From Camelus ferus (Eukaryota), in the NCBI RefSeq assembly GCF_009834535.1, contig NC_045697.1, positions 746,001 to 810,000 on the forward strand: DNA of 64,000 bases. The letters run 5' to 3'. Both the position numbers and the translations under genes were made by a program. Below, piece by piece: positions 49,951 to 62,399 of this stretch (positions are counted from its first letter, which is position 1; each line of letters opens with the position of its first letter). The notes beneath the pieces were generated by a model that did not search any database, had not been told where the DNA came from, and was given only the letters and a program-made list of their open reading frames with translations.

Positions 49951-49954
49951 GCAA

Positions 49955-50720
49955 GGAACCCAGAAAACCACTCCTAGAACCAACAAACGGACCTGGCGTG
50001 ACACAAGGAAATGCACAAAACCCGATTTTTTTTCTGTAAGCTGCTAGTAAACAATTAAAAGTGAAACTTTAAAATCTATTTAAATTAGCGCTAAAAATAA
50101 AATACAAAATACATGGGCATAAACTTAACAAAATGTGTGTGACTGCCACACCAGTAACAGGGAAATTAGAGGCGCAGCGGAGACACAGACCGCATCTCTG
50201 GGTTGGAGACTCAGCCCCGCTGGGACGGACGTGCTCCCAGACTGGTGCACGAGTCAACACAAGCCAGTCAAAACACCAGCAGCCTTTTTTGTAAAACTTG
50301 CTTGAACGTGGCCTACAATTTTTGAAAGGAAGGGAAACTGGAAGGCTCACATAGGGATCTCAGGACTTACTGTAAAGCTGCAGGAGCACTAGTGGATAGA
50401 CAGACAGCGGGACAGGACAGTGAGTCCAGAAGTAGACATGTAGACACGTGGTCTGTTTATTTTTTTTAATATTTTATTTATTATTGTATTATTTAATTAT
50501 TTTACTCTGGCAGTGGGGGGGGTAATTAGGTTTATTTGTTTTTTTAGGGGAGGTTCTGGGGATTGAACCCAGGACCTCCTGCATGCTAAGCATGCGCTCT
50601 GCCACTTAAGCTATACCCTCCCCCCTTATTTTTGACAAGACATCAACTCTCGTCAATGGAGGAAGGAAACGTTTTCCAAAAACAGGGCTGGGACCAGCAG
50701 ATCATCATATGGGGAAGAGG
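49955..50720 (+). mobile_element. Ancient L1 ORF2 remnant (host of the SINE)
   Basis: aaatacatgggcataaacttaacaaaatgtgtg; aggacttactgtaaagctgcag; gagtccagaagtagac; tttgacaag. Confidence 0.65.
50465..50625 (-). mobile_element. tRNA-derived SINE (Vic-1-like, camelid)
   Basis: Minus strand reads gggggagggtatagcttaagtggcagagcgcatgcttagcatgcaggaggtcctgggttcaatccccag, with pol III A and B boxes and an A-rich tail; TSD ttattttt at 50457-50464 and 50626-50633. Confidence 0.88.
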
Positions 50721-52019
50721 CGGACCGCCATCATGCTGCCCTGACCCATCCTTCCACAAGGTCAGAGACACGAGGGGGCCTGGCAAGGCCTCACGGGCCC
50801 CCACCCACTGCCACCGCTCTGCACCCTCTGAACTCCCAGCTCCCTGGTGTAGATGGTTCCCCCACCCACAACCCGCCCACCGTGGGTGAGCAGCAGGGAG
50901 GGACCTGCCCAGGGCACCATCCAGCGGGCTCCAGAGGCAGCACCCCCAGGTGAGGAAACGGAACAAGGGGGAGACAGGGGAACCCCATGCAGTAGGGCCG
51001 GGACCACCGTCCGGGCAGCTGGACCCTGGGGTGCCGAGGCCCCGTGACTGTTAGAGGGTGTGGGGTGAGGGATGCGGTGAGGGCAGGACCCAGGGCGGGG
51101 CGGTGCAGGTAGAGGGCCAGCCATGCGAGGCTGGCTGGGCCTCTGCACAGGGTTCCTGGCCCTCGTGTGACCTCTGGCGGGGGGAGAAGGGGGCTGCTTC
51201 CTCTGAGGCGCGTGCTCCTCCTGCCCCCATGCTGCTGGCTCTGCTGTTTTCCCCCGCAGCTCTCTGGGCCACCCACCCTGCCCATCTGCTGCAGTCCAGA
51301 CCCTTCTCAGCACCTCTGGCCCTAACCTCTGGGGCCACACTGGGGTGGCCACCCCACCCCCATCCCAAATCTGAGTGAAGTTCTTTCTCACAGATTCAAA
51401 TTCTGCTCCTACATTTTGTGTGTTTGTACCAACTGGGGCCCCACAGCAGCAGGCCTGCGTTAGGATCAGGAAGAAGGGTTTACCGAGGGGGGACCCACCG
51501 CCAAGATGCAGAGGAGTAGGGGTTGCCCAGCTCAGGGCCCTGCGGGAGGCACCAGGGAACACTGAAGAGCAGAGCGCCCTTCGGCAGGATGAGCCCCGGC
51601 AGGCGAGCTGGGCGGAGAGGCCCAAGAGGACCCTGGGGCAGGCCCAGCAGCCCCACATCCCTCTCCCTCCAGCTGGCTTCCAGCTCAGCGCCACATCCTT
51701 TCATACTCTCCTCCCCATCACCCCAGCACCGTCTCTTGTCTCTCGTCTCCATGTGCCTTACATTATACCAAAAACCAAATCAATGCCTCATAAAGGGTCA
51801 CTTTATTTTCCCATAATAGATCATTGCCGAGCCTACTTGTCTACTGCTGTTGGATAAACGTCCCACAGGGTCCTCCCTGAGCCATCCTCTCACTCTGTCT
51901 GTCCCAGAACAAGGGAGGCCTCTCTGGGAGCTGCTTCCACATACGGTGGGTTCTCCTTAGTCCTGGCCTCGGTCAGGGATTGTGCTGGCTGCATACACAC
52001 CACCACCACCAAGAAACCG

Positions 52020-52330
52020 GGGCTGAGTCTGGGCTCCACAGTCATTCAGAGACCCAGGTACCTCTGTCCTTCTGCTCCACCTCCTTGCACATGGCTTCCC
52101 ACTTCAAGATCATCTCATGGTTCACATGGCTGCCAGAGCCCCAGCCATCACACATCTGTTCAGGAAGCGGGAAAAAAGAAATGCAAAGAACAAGGGTGCT
52201 TTTCCCAGGTGAGTCAGCTAGTTTTAAGGAGCCTTCCCAAAGCTCTGTCCAGCACTTTTACTCACATCTCGTCAGCCAGAACTTTGTCACATGGCCACAA
52301 CCAGCTGTAAGGAATATCGGGGAAAGGGGT
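52020..52330 (-). mobile_element. MLT1J/K-type MaLR LTR fragment
   Basis: cagagacccagg...catggctgccagagccccagccatcac...gccagaactttgtcacatggccacaaccagctgtaagg. Confidence 0.7.
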
Positions 52331-53139
52331 CCAGGGAGGGTGTCCGGCTTAGCCAGGACAAGCGAGGGCCCAGCAACTTGGGGAAGGGAGCCCTGTGGGG
52401 CAAGTCTGCCCCTCACCCAGCAAAGAGCAGGTACAGGGGCCAGGATGAGCCCCACAGAGTCCCAGCCAAGGACCAGGACCAGGACCAGGACCAGCCGCTC
52501 CCTCCCAGACATGGACAGACTCCATACCCTCTCCTTGGTTATCCCCAGGCCCCACCTCTGCTGCTCCAAGAACCCAGGAGGCTCTTCTGGGACCAGCAGG
52601 GCTCACGGATTGGAGCAGACATCTGATTTCCCATGGTCTCAGTCATGGCACCCAGGGGCAAGGTCTGGCCAACCCAGTGGGCTCAGGACACCAGACCAGC
52701 CTTGGGTTGCACGGTCCACCCCACATGACGGTCAAAGCTAGGGCCTGGGTGCCTGGGCCAGGGCAGATCTGGCTGGAGTGGCCCTTCAACGGGGGTTCCC
52801 TGTTAGCCCCACCACCTCTTTCCACCGGGCCCCTCGCCCCTGGCCCAGGCCCTACTCCCTGACCCAGTGAGCCCACAGGGCGGCCCTGCAGATCACAGAC
52901 ACTCCGCCCCATGCTGGCCCAGCCTGGACACCAGTCCTCGGGGTCTCCTCCACGGCCCATAGCACATTTCTGAGCAGAAAAGCCTCCCAGCGCCCCTGCC
53001 CAGGGCTGAGGGCCCAGGGAGGGGCCGGACGGGAGCTCCCACCTCGCCCCGCAGGGCAGCACCCGGCAGGAGGGGCCTGGTAAGCAGGAGCAGGTGGAGA
53101 GGCCCACACGGGGGCCCAGGGTGCCCGGAGGGACTCACG

Positions 53140-53245
53140 CTTTGCCTGCACCAGCTTCTCTGCTCTTCCCCCAAACCAAAGAGGGGGCACCACGTCACCC
53201 ACTGTACCGATGGGGAAACTGAGACATAGGGCACGAGCCAGGCTC
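53140..53245 (-). mobile_element. MIR fragment
   Basis: cccactgtaccgatggggaaactgagacatagg. Confidence 0.55.
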
Positions 53246-53649
53246 CATGCCCTGCAGCTAGACAGCCTTCTGCATGGCCACTGCCCTGCCCTGAGAAGCA
53301 CAGGTAAGGCAAGTCCATCTTGGAACTGGTGTGACCGGGATGGGGACATGCAGCTGCAGGCGGATCCCCGCCTCCCTCACTGGCTCAGGGGCACCGGCCA
53401 AGCTCTCCGGGATGTGCTGATTAGCGCTGGCCAGGGACAAGGCCCCCAGCCGGCCGCCCCACCGAGGGGCTGCTGTGGGTGCCAGCAAGGGTGGGCTTCT
53501 CTGTCCCTCCAGGGACAGCGGCTGGAGGTCCGGCCCCACTTCCCTGGGGATGTGCCCTCCTGTCCGTCAGTTCTCGGGAGTCCACTTGGCCGCCCACCTT
53601 CCCCAGCGCCCAGGCCCAGCTGGCCCCTCCCGCGGCGGGTGGCGGCTGC

Positions 53650-53925
53650 GCCAGTGACCTTGTGATAACCCGAGTGCCATCCGTCAGCGGCCGGCCGCCA
53701 GGCTCCGGAACACTGCGGCAGCTCATCTGAATTCAAATTACCCTGGGAGACGCGCGCGGTGCCAGCCATAACTCAGCACGGCGGGAGGAGCGGGCCGCCC
53801 GCAGATTGGACATTACCATACATTCCTGGGGCGTCGGACAGGGCTGCTAATGAAAATATCAATCAAAAACTCAGCTGACTTAATGGTCAATTTAAATTAA
53901 TTAATTGGGGAGGAGAAAAAAGTCG
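53650..53925. promoter_or_regulatory. Candidate conserved element, CpG-rich
   Basis: TGACCTTG nuclear-receptor half-site, TGATAA, ATCAATCA (PBX TGATTGAT, 53858-53865), AATTAATTAATT (53895-53906), CTAATGA and TTAATGG. Confidence 0.6.
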
Positions 53926-55669
53926 AGGGGGCAGCACTGACGGGCTCCGACTCTGCCGGGCGGTGAGCAGCTGGGTGCCCGGCTGGGCGCCACCCGGGCC
54001 CGGGAGACAGGGCATCCCCTCCCAGGGACCCCCAGGACATCCGAGGGCCCCTACCTGGGAAGGGGTGCGAGGCCCGGCATTCCTGCCTCAGGAGCTCCCA
54101 GCCAGCTGCGGGGCAGCCTGCCCGACTGTCCAGCTTCGCTGTCCACAAGGACATCGGTCACTCCTGCCAGGTCCCCCCCCCGGGTCGCTGAGGAGCAGAA
54201 AAGCCCTGTGCCTTGCAGGATAGGGGGGAGGGGGCAGGTAGGGTGACGACCACCCTCCACTCAGGTCTCCGCCTGGATGCCTGCTCGCCCAGCCAGGCCT
54301 CATCTCCTCGCCCGTGAAAGGGGATGGAGGCATCCACCGCCCAGGGTGCTGCAGGCCGGGCGCCCCCAGGCCCCTCGGCCCCTCGGGAGGGTCAGTAAAT
54401 GGTCCTCAGCACACAGACAGAGAGGGCAGGTCCCCAGAGGGTGGCCCCACACATCTGACTACGCGAGTGGCCCAAGACCCGCCCCAGAGGAGGCTCCGGA
54501 AGACCTGGCCCAGGGTCCCGGCATAAGCAGAGACTCAGCCTCTGCTTCACATTCGTCCCACAAGGTAGCTGTCCCTGCAGACCAACCCTTCCCCCAGGCC
54601 TCCAGGTGACAGGCGCCCAAGGGCAGGGGCCGGCCGGGCAGCTGTGGTTCGGCCTCGAGTGGCCCCCAGAGGGCAGAGCAAGACCCCGCAAGGCTGAGGG
54701 AGGAGGGATAACAGGTCACTGGCAGCCCCCACCTGGGCCGATTCCACCTCCAAGTCCTGCGGCCAAAATCAGGACGTGGGCGGCCCCCAGTGTGGGGCCG
54801 AGTCCCAGAGCTTCACCGTTAGTCAGACTAGCAGAGCTGGCTCCTATGTGGATGGGCCCTCGGCCCTTGGACAGCAGAGGCTGGGGGCAGGGGTGGGCAG
54901 GACCCCACGGGCAGCAAGGAGGCTGTTGGTGCCAAGTTCACGTGAGTCAAGAGGAGTGGGGTGTCAGGCGGGTCAGGGTGGGGCTTGGGGGTTGGGGGTC
55001 CTGCCCTCCCTTTTGTGGGTGGGCACCTCAGAGTGGGGGATTTGGGACCAGTGGGGGCTGTGGCTGGGCTTTGGGCTCAGGTGGGGTTTGGGGTCAGCGC
55101 TGGGGCACCATGTGCTGGGACTGGGGTTCCGGGGAGGCCGTGGTGTCCATCACTGGGAGGGAAGAGAGTGGGGCCACATCTGCCCTTGGGCTGTTAGGCC
55201 CCAAGCTCCCGAGGGTCTGCCCACCCGGTTGTTACCTCTGGTCCTGCCAGGCCTTCTGCTCAGTGCCTGGCCAGGAAGCCCACCCCAGCCTGCCCAGGTC
55301 CCCATAGGCCAGGCCTGGGGGAGGCCCCGGGGGTACAGGGTCCGCCTGGCCCAGCAGTGGCGGGGACACAGCTCTACTCCTCAAGCCTGGAGCGCTGCGG
55401 CTGATCTGGCCAGACCCTGCGGAAGCCTCAGCAGCAGTGAAGGCCCGCGGGGAAAGAGCGGGAGTTGGCAGAGGGAGCCCAGGCAAGGGGGCCTCAGGCC
55501 CCCACCCCTCCAGCGCTGGTCCCTGCAGTCACTCCTGCTCCCAGGGTTTCACTCAGCAGCTGGCTCCTCCCAAGGCCATGCCTCAAGTCCGTAGGAGCCT
55601 GGGGCTTAATCTCAATTTCCCAGAACCCCTTGGAACCCACCCACTGAAGAATGACTCCCTGGGGGATTC

Positions 55670-55745
55670 GGGCTGTGTGAGCTGTGTGGGCTCGGGCAAG
55701 TCCCTGACCCTCTCTGGACTCAGGGACCCATCTGTACATTGCAGT
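55670..55745 (+). mobile_element. MIR fragment
   Basis: agctgtgtgggctcgggcaagtccctgaccctctctggactcagggacccatctgta. Confidence 0.6.
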
Positions 55746-58589
55746 GTCCAATGACCTGGGCCACACCCACAGCTCCCCTTGCCCTTCCCAACCCGGAGCC
55801 CCCACACCCATGACAAGCCCCTGGAGGGCTGGGCCTCCCTGGGGTGGGGCACCTCGTCCTGTCCGCATCCCCCAGCACTCTTCTGGGAGTGCCCTTGAAC
55901 CCCTCCCAGGACCCAGCTCTGACTGGTAAGAGGAAGGAGCCACCAGAGGCCCAGAGGGCCCAGGAGTGGGTGGGGCCGACAGGGGACACCATCACCACCA
56001 CCTCTGGGCCCCAGAATCTGCACCCCTGCCCAGGGCTGCAGACCATTGCAGGCCTGCCCACCCCTAGGAAGGCTGCTGTCTCAGCCACTGTGGGGGCGAT
56101 CTTTGCTGCCACCCAGTGGCCACCAGGGGCAGTGCGGGTAGAGCCACAGGGTGCGACACCAGGGGCCTCCTGGAACCGGCCAGCAGAAGCAGAGCCCCAC
56201 TCTGGGCCTGGACTGTGCGCCCCAGAGACCCAGCCAGAGAGCACCTGGGGCCACTGAGGGTCTAGGCAGAGCAGTCAGTGCCTCAGTTTGGCCTGGCTCT
56301 CCAGCTCTGGGGAGAAGGGATCATCATTTCTCCGACTCCTGCCCGTGGGAGCTGACCGCCCCGCGAGGCCCAGACCCCAGCCCCTCATCACTGGGAACAC
56401 TTCATGCCTCCGTGCACTCAACTGACACTTGGCATCGGCTTCAAGCTGAGAAACAGGAGGCCTCGATCCGAGCGCCGGGCTCTCGGAGCAGAAGCCCCTG
56501 CCCAGCCTGCGGGGCCACGTGGCGGAGCGCACGCACAGCTGCTGCCCCTCCAGCCCTCGGGCCCCAGTCCACAACCTCAGGAGGGCGGGAGGGAGGTGCC
56601 CCTCCCGGCCCCAGCCCTCGACCCCGGCTGTTCTGGCCTCACCCGCATCTGGGCCTGAGGGGCTGGGATGTCACCGAGTGAGCATCTCAAGGGCCCTGCT
56701 GGCTGCAGGACCCCAAAGGGACTAAGCCCGCCACACCATCAGCCCCTCCCTCTCAGTGGCCCCTTTGTGCAGACATCCTGACTCCAGTCAGGACCACCTC
56801 CAGCCTCACCCACAGCCCCTGCTGTGTGGCCTTGGCCCGGCGTGTATGGCCACCTGGGGCCTGGCACACAGCGGGCCTACGGCAGCAGAAGCCCAGTGCT
56901 CAGGGCAGGCCCTGCCCACGCCCAGCTTTTGTGGGAACATGCTGGGGGGCTCCCCAGACGGAGTAGCAGGCCCTCAGGAAGGGGGACCCAGCCCTGAGCC
57001 CCAGCCAGTCCCAGGGCTATCCTCACACAGCAAACCCACCTGGGCCCCCAAGGCAGTTCTAAGCACCAGGCCCCAGCACACGCAGGGACCACCACATAGG
57101 GGCAACCAGCACAGCCGTTGGACACCCTGCCCCGATCAGCCCACCTCACCCTCACAACCCAGGTTCATTCAGAGGAGATGGCCATGCTGGGAAGTGGAGC
57201 CAGGCCCTGGGGCCTGTGTGAGGGCCCCCCTCCCCCATGCCACCCACAGCCCCCACAAGAAGGGAGGGGCCTTGGTGTACGTTAATGAATGGGTCGCCCT
57301 GCCCACTCACCTGCCAGGCTGATGATGGGCTGTAACTGGACACCAGCACCACGTGCAGGGCTTCAACCGTCCCAGGCTGAGCTGCACCATGCAGTCAGTG
57401 CACAGCAGACTGGCCACACTCCCAGGAGGCCGGCAGAACGGGCATCCAGCCCCACTGGATAGACATTACATTGGGGCCCAAAGAACTGGGGCTCCAGCCC
57501 TTGTCCAAGACCCTGCGTCCAGCCAGGCACTGGTGGTAGGGCTGGGTGCCAGGGCGCACAGGGCACTGACTAGGGGGTAGCAGACTCTGTGAAGCACCAG
57601 GGTCAGTATCTCCTTTTGTGAGCCTGACAGCCCCCAGCTCCCTCTTGCCTCTGCCATCTGACACTCCACTTCAGAGGCAACAGTGGGCTGGGCGTGGCCC
57701 AGGGGCCATAGGCTGCTGGCCTTTGGTCACGACTCCCACCTCCTGGGTTCAAGCCCAGTGTGGGCTGCTCCCAGTGGCAGAGGAGACAAGAGGCACTTCC
57801 AAGATCAGGCTTCCGAGACAGTGCCTCTGCCTTGGGAGCTCGGGGCTGGCTGGCCCACCCACAGGAGTCGGCTGAGTGCCCACTTCCTCAGAGAGGCCTT
57901 GGCAGAAGGAATGAGGAAACATATGCCCTGCAGTCCGGGTGGGACATATGTGGGGACACCATGGCCACTGACTGCACACATCAGAGCTGTCCACAACCAG
58001 TGGGTACAATGAGCCTGCCCACACACAACAGGACAGAAAGCCAGGAGGGCAGGGCAGTGCCAGGGCCACAGAGCACTGGTGTGGGGGTGCGGGATGTAAA
58101 GACCTGTGTGAGTTTCAGACTTTGCAAGGCAAGGCCTCGTCATGACAGCTGGGTGCCCATTTGCAGAGCAGAAACAGAACTCACAGCATCGCAGCCGGGA
58201 GGAGGCAGCAGGAGGCACAGAATCCAGTGACAGAAGACTGACAGTGAGTGAGACACACCAAGCACTCCAGGTAAAGTGGAAAGGGGAATTAAGAGAACCA
58301 CTCCAGTCGGTTCACCAAAGGCCTGACAGCCAAGGCTGCAGAAAGATTCAAAGCAGAATGTCACAAAAACATACACCTGGTCAGAGTGCAGAGGACGTCA
58401 GAGCCCTTGGCGCCTGAAGAGAACACGCATCACACTTACAGCCAGGGGTGCCGGAAGGGCAGCGTCTGCAGGGAATTTTCAGGAACTGACGTCCACGTAA
58501 GATGAGGCTTTCCTAGTGGGCACCTGGGGTGGGCGCCTGGCTGGCACAGTGGGTCCTCCCCCACGGACCAGGGGAGGCAATGGGCTTGG

Positions 58590-59540
58590 TCCACAGTCCA
58601 AACTACCACACGTCTAATGTGTTTGGAGCTGGAGGCCCAGAGGGCAGGAGAGAGAAGACTGCAGAACAAAGTCTAACAACCCGTCGAGTTCACAAGCTGG
58701 CTGAAACAGCAGCAACCAAGCACGATAAATATGAAGAAAAACCACTCCTAGGTATGTCACGGCCAACTCCTGAAAACCAAAAATAAAGCACAAATCTCAA
58801 AAGCCGCCAGGGAGGAAAAAAAAGAAAAAAAGACAACATCCAGAGAGGCAACAATAAACTCACTTCTGATCACTCACCGGAAACTATGCCAGCCGGAAGA
58901 CAATGGAACGGCATCTTTAAAGAAGGAGACGAACTAGAATTCCACGTCTGGCAAAACTGCGCTTCCACAGTCAAGGCAAAATGAAGATATTTTCAGACAA
59001 ATGACAGCTGAGTCATCAGACTCAACTACAAGACCTGCTAAAAGGGGGTTTTCAGGCTGGAGTGACATCCAGCAGAAGCTCAGGTCTACTGGATGGCATC
59101 AAAAATGGAACCGCGGCCGCCGAAAGGTGTTACAGCTAGATTAATGTCACACAAAACAGAACTTAATCAAAACTATCACTAGAGATAAAGAGGGTCAATT
59201 TGTAATTATAAAAGATTCAATTCGACAGAAATAGATCATCAACCTGAACGCACCTACAAAAACCACAAGGAGAAACAGCCCGTCAGCCACTGTCAACTCC
59301 TACACGGCTGTCACTACTCAGTGTCTCAGGAGACGAAATATTCAATAAGGATGTAGAAGATTTGTGCAATTAGCCTAGGTCTTACACACATATACAGAAT
59401 GCTACAAACATCTGCAGAATGTATGTTCTTTTCAAGCACAGGTGGAGTATCTAGGAAAAGTGGCTGTATGTCAGGCCATAGACTTTGAGCAAATTTCCTG
59501 CCTTAATGCAAGGGAGTTAAATGTCAGCAACAGAACAGAA
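58590..59540 (+). mobile_element. Ancient L1 ORF1 and early ORF2 remnant
   Basis: ctcctgaaaaccaaaaataaagcacaaatctcaaaagccgccagg; gaaactatgccagccggaagacaatggaacggcatctttaaa; tatcactagagataaagagggtcaattt. Confidence 0.7.
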
Positions 59541-59559
59541 AACAAACTCCACGGGCACG

Positions 59560-60231
59560 ATCCCAGCCCACCAGGATTGACAGCCACCCAGAACAAGTGT
59601 CGGTTCGTGGGGAGCCTGGACGCCTTGTGCGCTGCTGGTGGGAACACGAAACTGCGCCGCTGCTGTGGAAACCAGTAGGTGGTTACTCAAAAATTTAAAC
59701 AGAGAATTACTACAGGATGCAGCTGTTCCATCTCTGGGTATGTACTCAAAAGAATTGAAAGCAGGGTCTCAAAGAGGTATCTGTAACCCCATGTGCGTAG
59801 CAGCATTGTTCACAACAGGCAAAGGGTAGAAGAAACACAAGTGTCCACCCACACAGTGGAACATTATTCAGCCTGGAAAACGAGGGACATTCTGACACCT
59901 GCTACAGCGCAGATTAACCTTGAAGGGTGTTATGCTGAGCAAAATAAGCCAGGCACAAAAACCCAAACACTGTCTCATTCCTCTTACAGGCAGTCCCTAG
60001 AGGAGTCAAATCCATAGAGACAGAAAGTAGGGTGGTGGGTTCCAGGGCTGGGGGAATGGGGAGTCAGTGTAACGGGGACACTGTCATTTGGGAAGATGGA
60101 GAAGCTCTGTGCACGAGTGGTGGTGACAGCTGCACAGCAGTGTGAATGCACTTAATGCCACTGAGCTGCACACTTAGAAATGGTTAACATGGTAAGTTTT
60201 GTTATATGTACTTTACTGCCACTTAAAAAAA
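59560..60231 (+). mobile_element. L1MB-like 3' end
   Basis: ctgggtatgtactcaaaagaattgaaagcagggtctcaaagag; terminal cacttaatgccactgagctgcacacttagaaatggttaa; ORF 59638..59829 resembles the ORF2 C-terminus. Confidence 0.88.
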
Positions 60232-60485
60232 TGGAGATGGAGTCTTTAAAGAGGTGAATAATGTAAAGTGAAGTCTTTAGGGGGAGCCCTGATCCAATCT
60301 GACTGGTGTCCCTATGAGAAGAGGAGATTAGGACACAGACACACACAGAGGGATGGCCGCGTGGGGACACAGGGAGGAGATGGCCATTGCACTCCCAGGA
60401 GAACACGCCTGCCCACTCGTGGGGCTGGAGCTTGCCGCCTCCAGGCCTGGTTTCCCCCCAGCCCTCGATTCCTTGTCTTCATGGT
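60232..60485 (+). mobile_element. MLT1A/B-type MaLR LTR fragment
   Basis: gtctttaaagaggtg...ccctgatccaatctgactggtgtccctatgagaagaggagattaggacacagac. Confidence 0.8.
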
Positions 60486-60809
60486 TCAGGGAGGACCTGG
60501 GGCCACAGGACGACCCCTCTGCCCACACAGGAATCCCCAACAAGCCACTCCCAGGCCACCCATGGGTGGGCCTCCAAGATGTGGTTGTGGCCTATTAATC
60601 CAGACCCAAACAAGGGGTATGAGACCAGGGGTGTCCCCCTGGGCACCTCAGGGGAACCAGCTCCAGGGTGAGGAGGCAGCAGTGCCCCGACCTCCCCCAG
60701 AGGCTCAGAAGGCAGTGGACAAACTGAAAAGAGGACGAGGCCTGAGTCCTCTCCCAGACGTCCTTGACCGTGCAGCACTCACCCGGGTCAGAAACCACAG
60801 AACATCCCC

Positions 60810-60990
60810 TACATGCGTGCACGTGTGTGCATGTGTGTACACACCTGCACCTCCATACACACACTCACACATGTGTATGACCACATGAGGGCAGGCATAC
60901 AGATAGTGCAGCGCTCACACACACACACGTGGGCCCACAGGTGTGCACACATGTGCATGCACTCAGGTACACGTTTGTGCACACATACCT
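60810..60990. repeat. CA/TG alternating low-complexity tract
   Basis: Direct reading. Confidence 0.75.
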
Positions 60991-61049
60991 CGCTCTGTCC
61001 CAAACATAAAACATTTCCAGCCTAGTTATTTAAACCAATGCAATGAACC

Positions 61050-61630
61050 TAAAAATCGTCAAAAGGATCTAAAAAAGAAGCCAGGCAATGTGGAAATTCC
61101 CAGCAACTCTCCTGAATCACCCCTGGGTCAGAGAGCAAATAAAAGTGGCCGTGACAGACGATTTTACAGCTGCTGGGAGAGGGGCTGCACGTCCGCGGAG
61201 GCGGCTTCAGGAGGAGCTGGCGGAGAATTCACAGCCTTAAATGTTTTTATTACTGAGCAAGAGAGACTGGAAATAAATGAACTAAACATTCGACACAAGG
61301 AGGGAAAACAGAACAATAAAGTGAATCCACGGGAGGCAGGAGGGGGTTGCAGATAAAGGCGGATTAATGGATTGGAAACAAGAAAAATGGGGGAACTTGT
61401 CAGTAAATCCAAGAGCTGGCTCCTCAAAATAAATAAATACAATCAACAAACCTCTGCCCGGTCTAATCAGTAGAGCTCGCGAACACGGGCAGCGCGAGGG
61501 CTGAGGACAGGGCGCTAGGGCGCCAGGATGACAAGTGCCGAGTTAACACGCTGGATATTCTTGATGAAACTGACAATTTCCTAAGGCAATATAGATGACC
61601 TGAATCAACTTACAAAGGGTTTACAAAGCT
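61050..61630 (+). mobile_element. Ancient L1 ORF2 remnant (post-endonuclease region)
   Basis: Peptide GEFTALNVFITEQERLEINELN in ORF 60943..61356 resembles the L1 ORF2 GKFIALNA...ERSQIN.L segment. Confidence 0.75.
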
Positions 61631-62399
61631 ATACCCACAACTGCAGAGCGACAGAAAGAGGCATGTGATGGGGGTCGCTTCCCCTCCCACTCGATCCCGG
61701 GACAGAAGCCCACAGTTGGGAGGTCCAGGGCTGTGGGCACCACGGGAGGGTGGCCCAGCTGAGCATGGGGGCCAAGGTCGGGGGCAAGGTCAGGGGCGTG
61801 AGGGGCTCAGCACCTGCGGGCTGGTGGCCCCTGTGAGGGAACCAGGGCCTCCCCCAGGGCTGGGCAGAGGGCTGGGTGGAGGCCGGGGGAGCCGGGCTCT
61901 GCTCGCCCTGGATCCTCACCACCCTGCACATTGACCCTGACTGCCTCTGAGCTCCATACCCCACCCCCATCCCTCCACGGCGTCCAGAGAGACGGGGAAC
62001 CCAGAGAGAGACAGAGGCCAGTGGCCGGCCAGCAGCAGGGTCCCCGGCCCTGTCTGGCCTCACACGGTGCTCGGGGCACATTTTCTCCCCCTGGCATATT
62101 GTGTAAGACTTGCCCACAGTGGTCCGGAGCAGGTGTGGTCTCTGCGGGAAGATGGCCGCTGCTCAGTGGCTGCAGGCCCACCGCTGGGCCCTGACCTCTG
62201 GCGCCAGTTTCTGGCACTGCTTCCCTGGGAACCTGCTCGCTCGCCAGGCTTGCTGACGACGCCCTCACTCTCTGCAACCTCCGCGGAGTCCGCGGTGTTG
62301 GGCCCTGCCTGCTCCCTCTGGCTCCTCCCTCGGGCTGCGTCAGCTCCGCTCATTCATGCTCCTGTTTTGTTCTTTCCTTCTTCTTTGGCTTTATTCTTT

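Noticed and set aside
50550..50625. tRNA gene
   Set aside because: The tRNA-like head is followed by a SINE tail and TSD; it is a SINE.
56117..56135. CTCF-like TGGCCACCAGGGGCAG
   Set aside because: One G short of the core motif; such matches are frequent in this composition.
40428..60231. Inverted pair of L1MB-like 3' ends ~19 kb apart
   Set aside because: Independently diverged copies of an abundant family; not the ends of one element.
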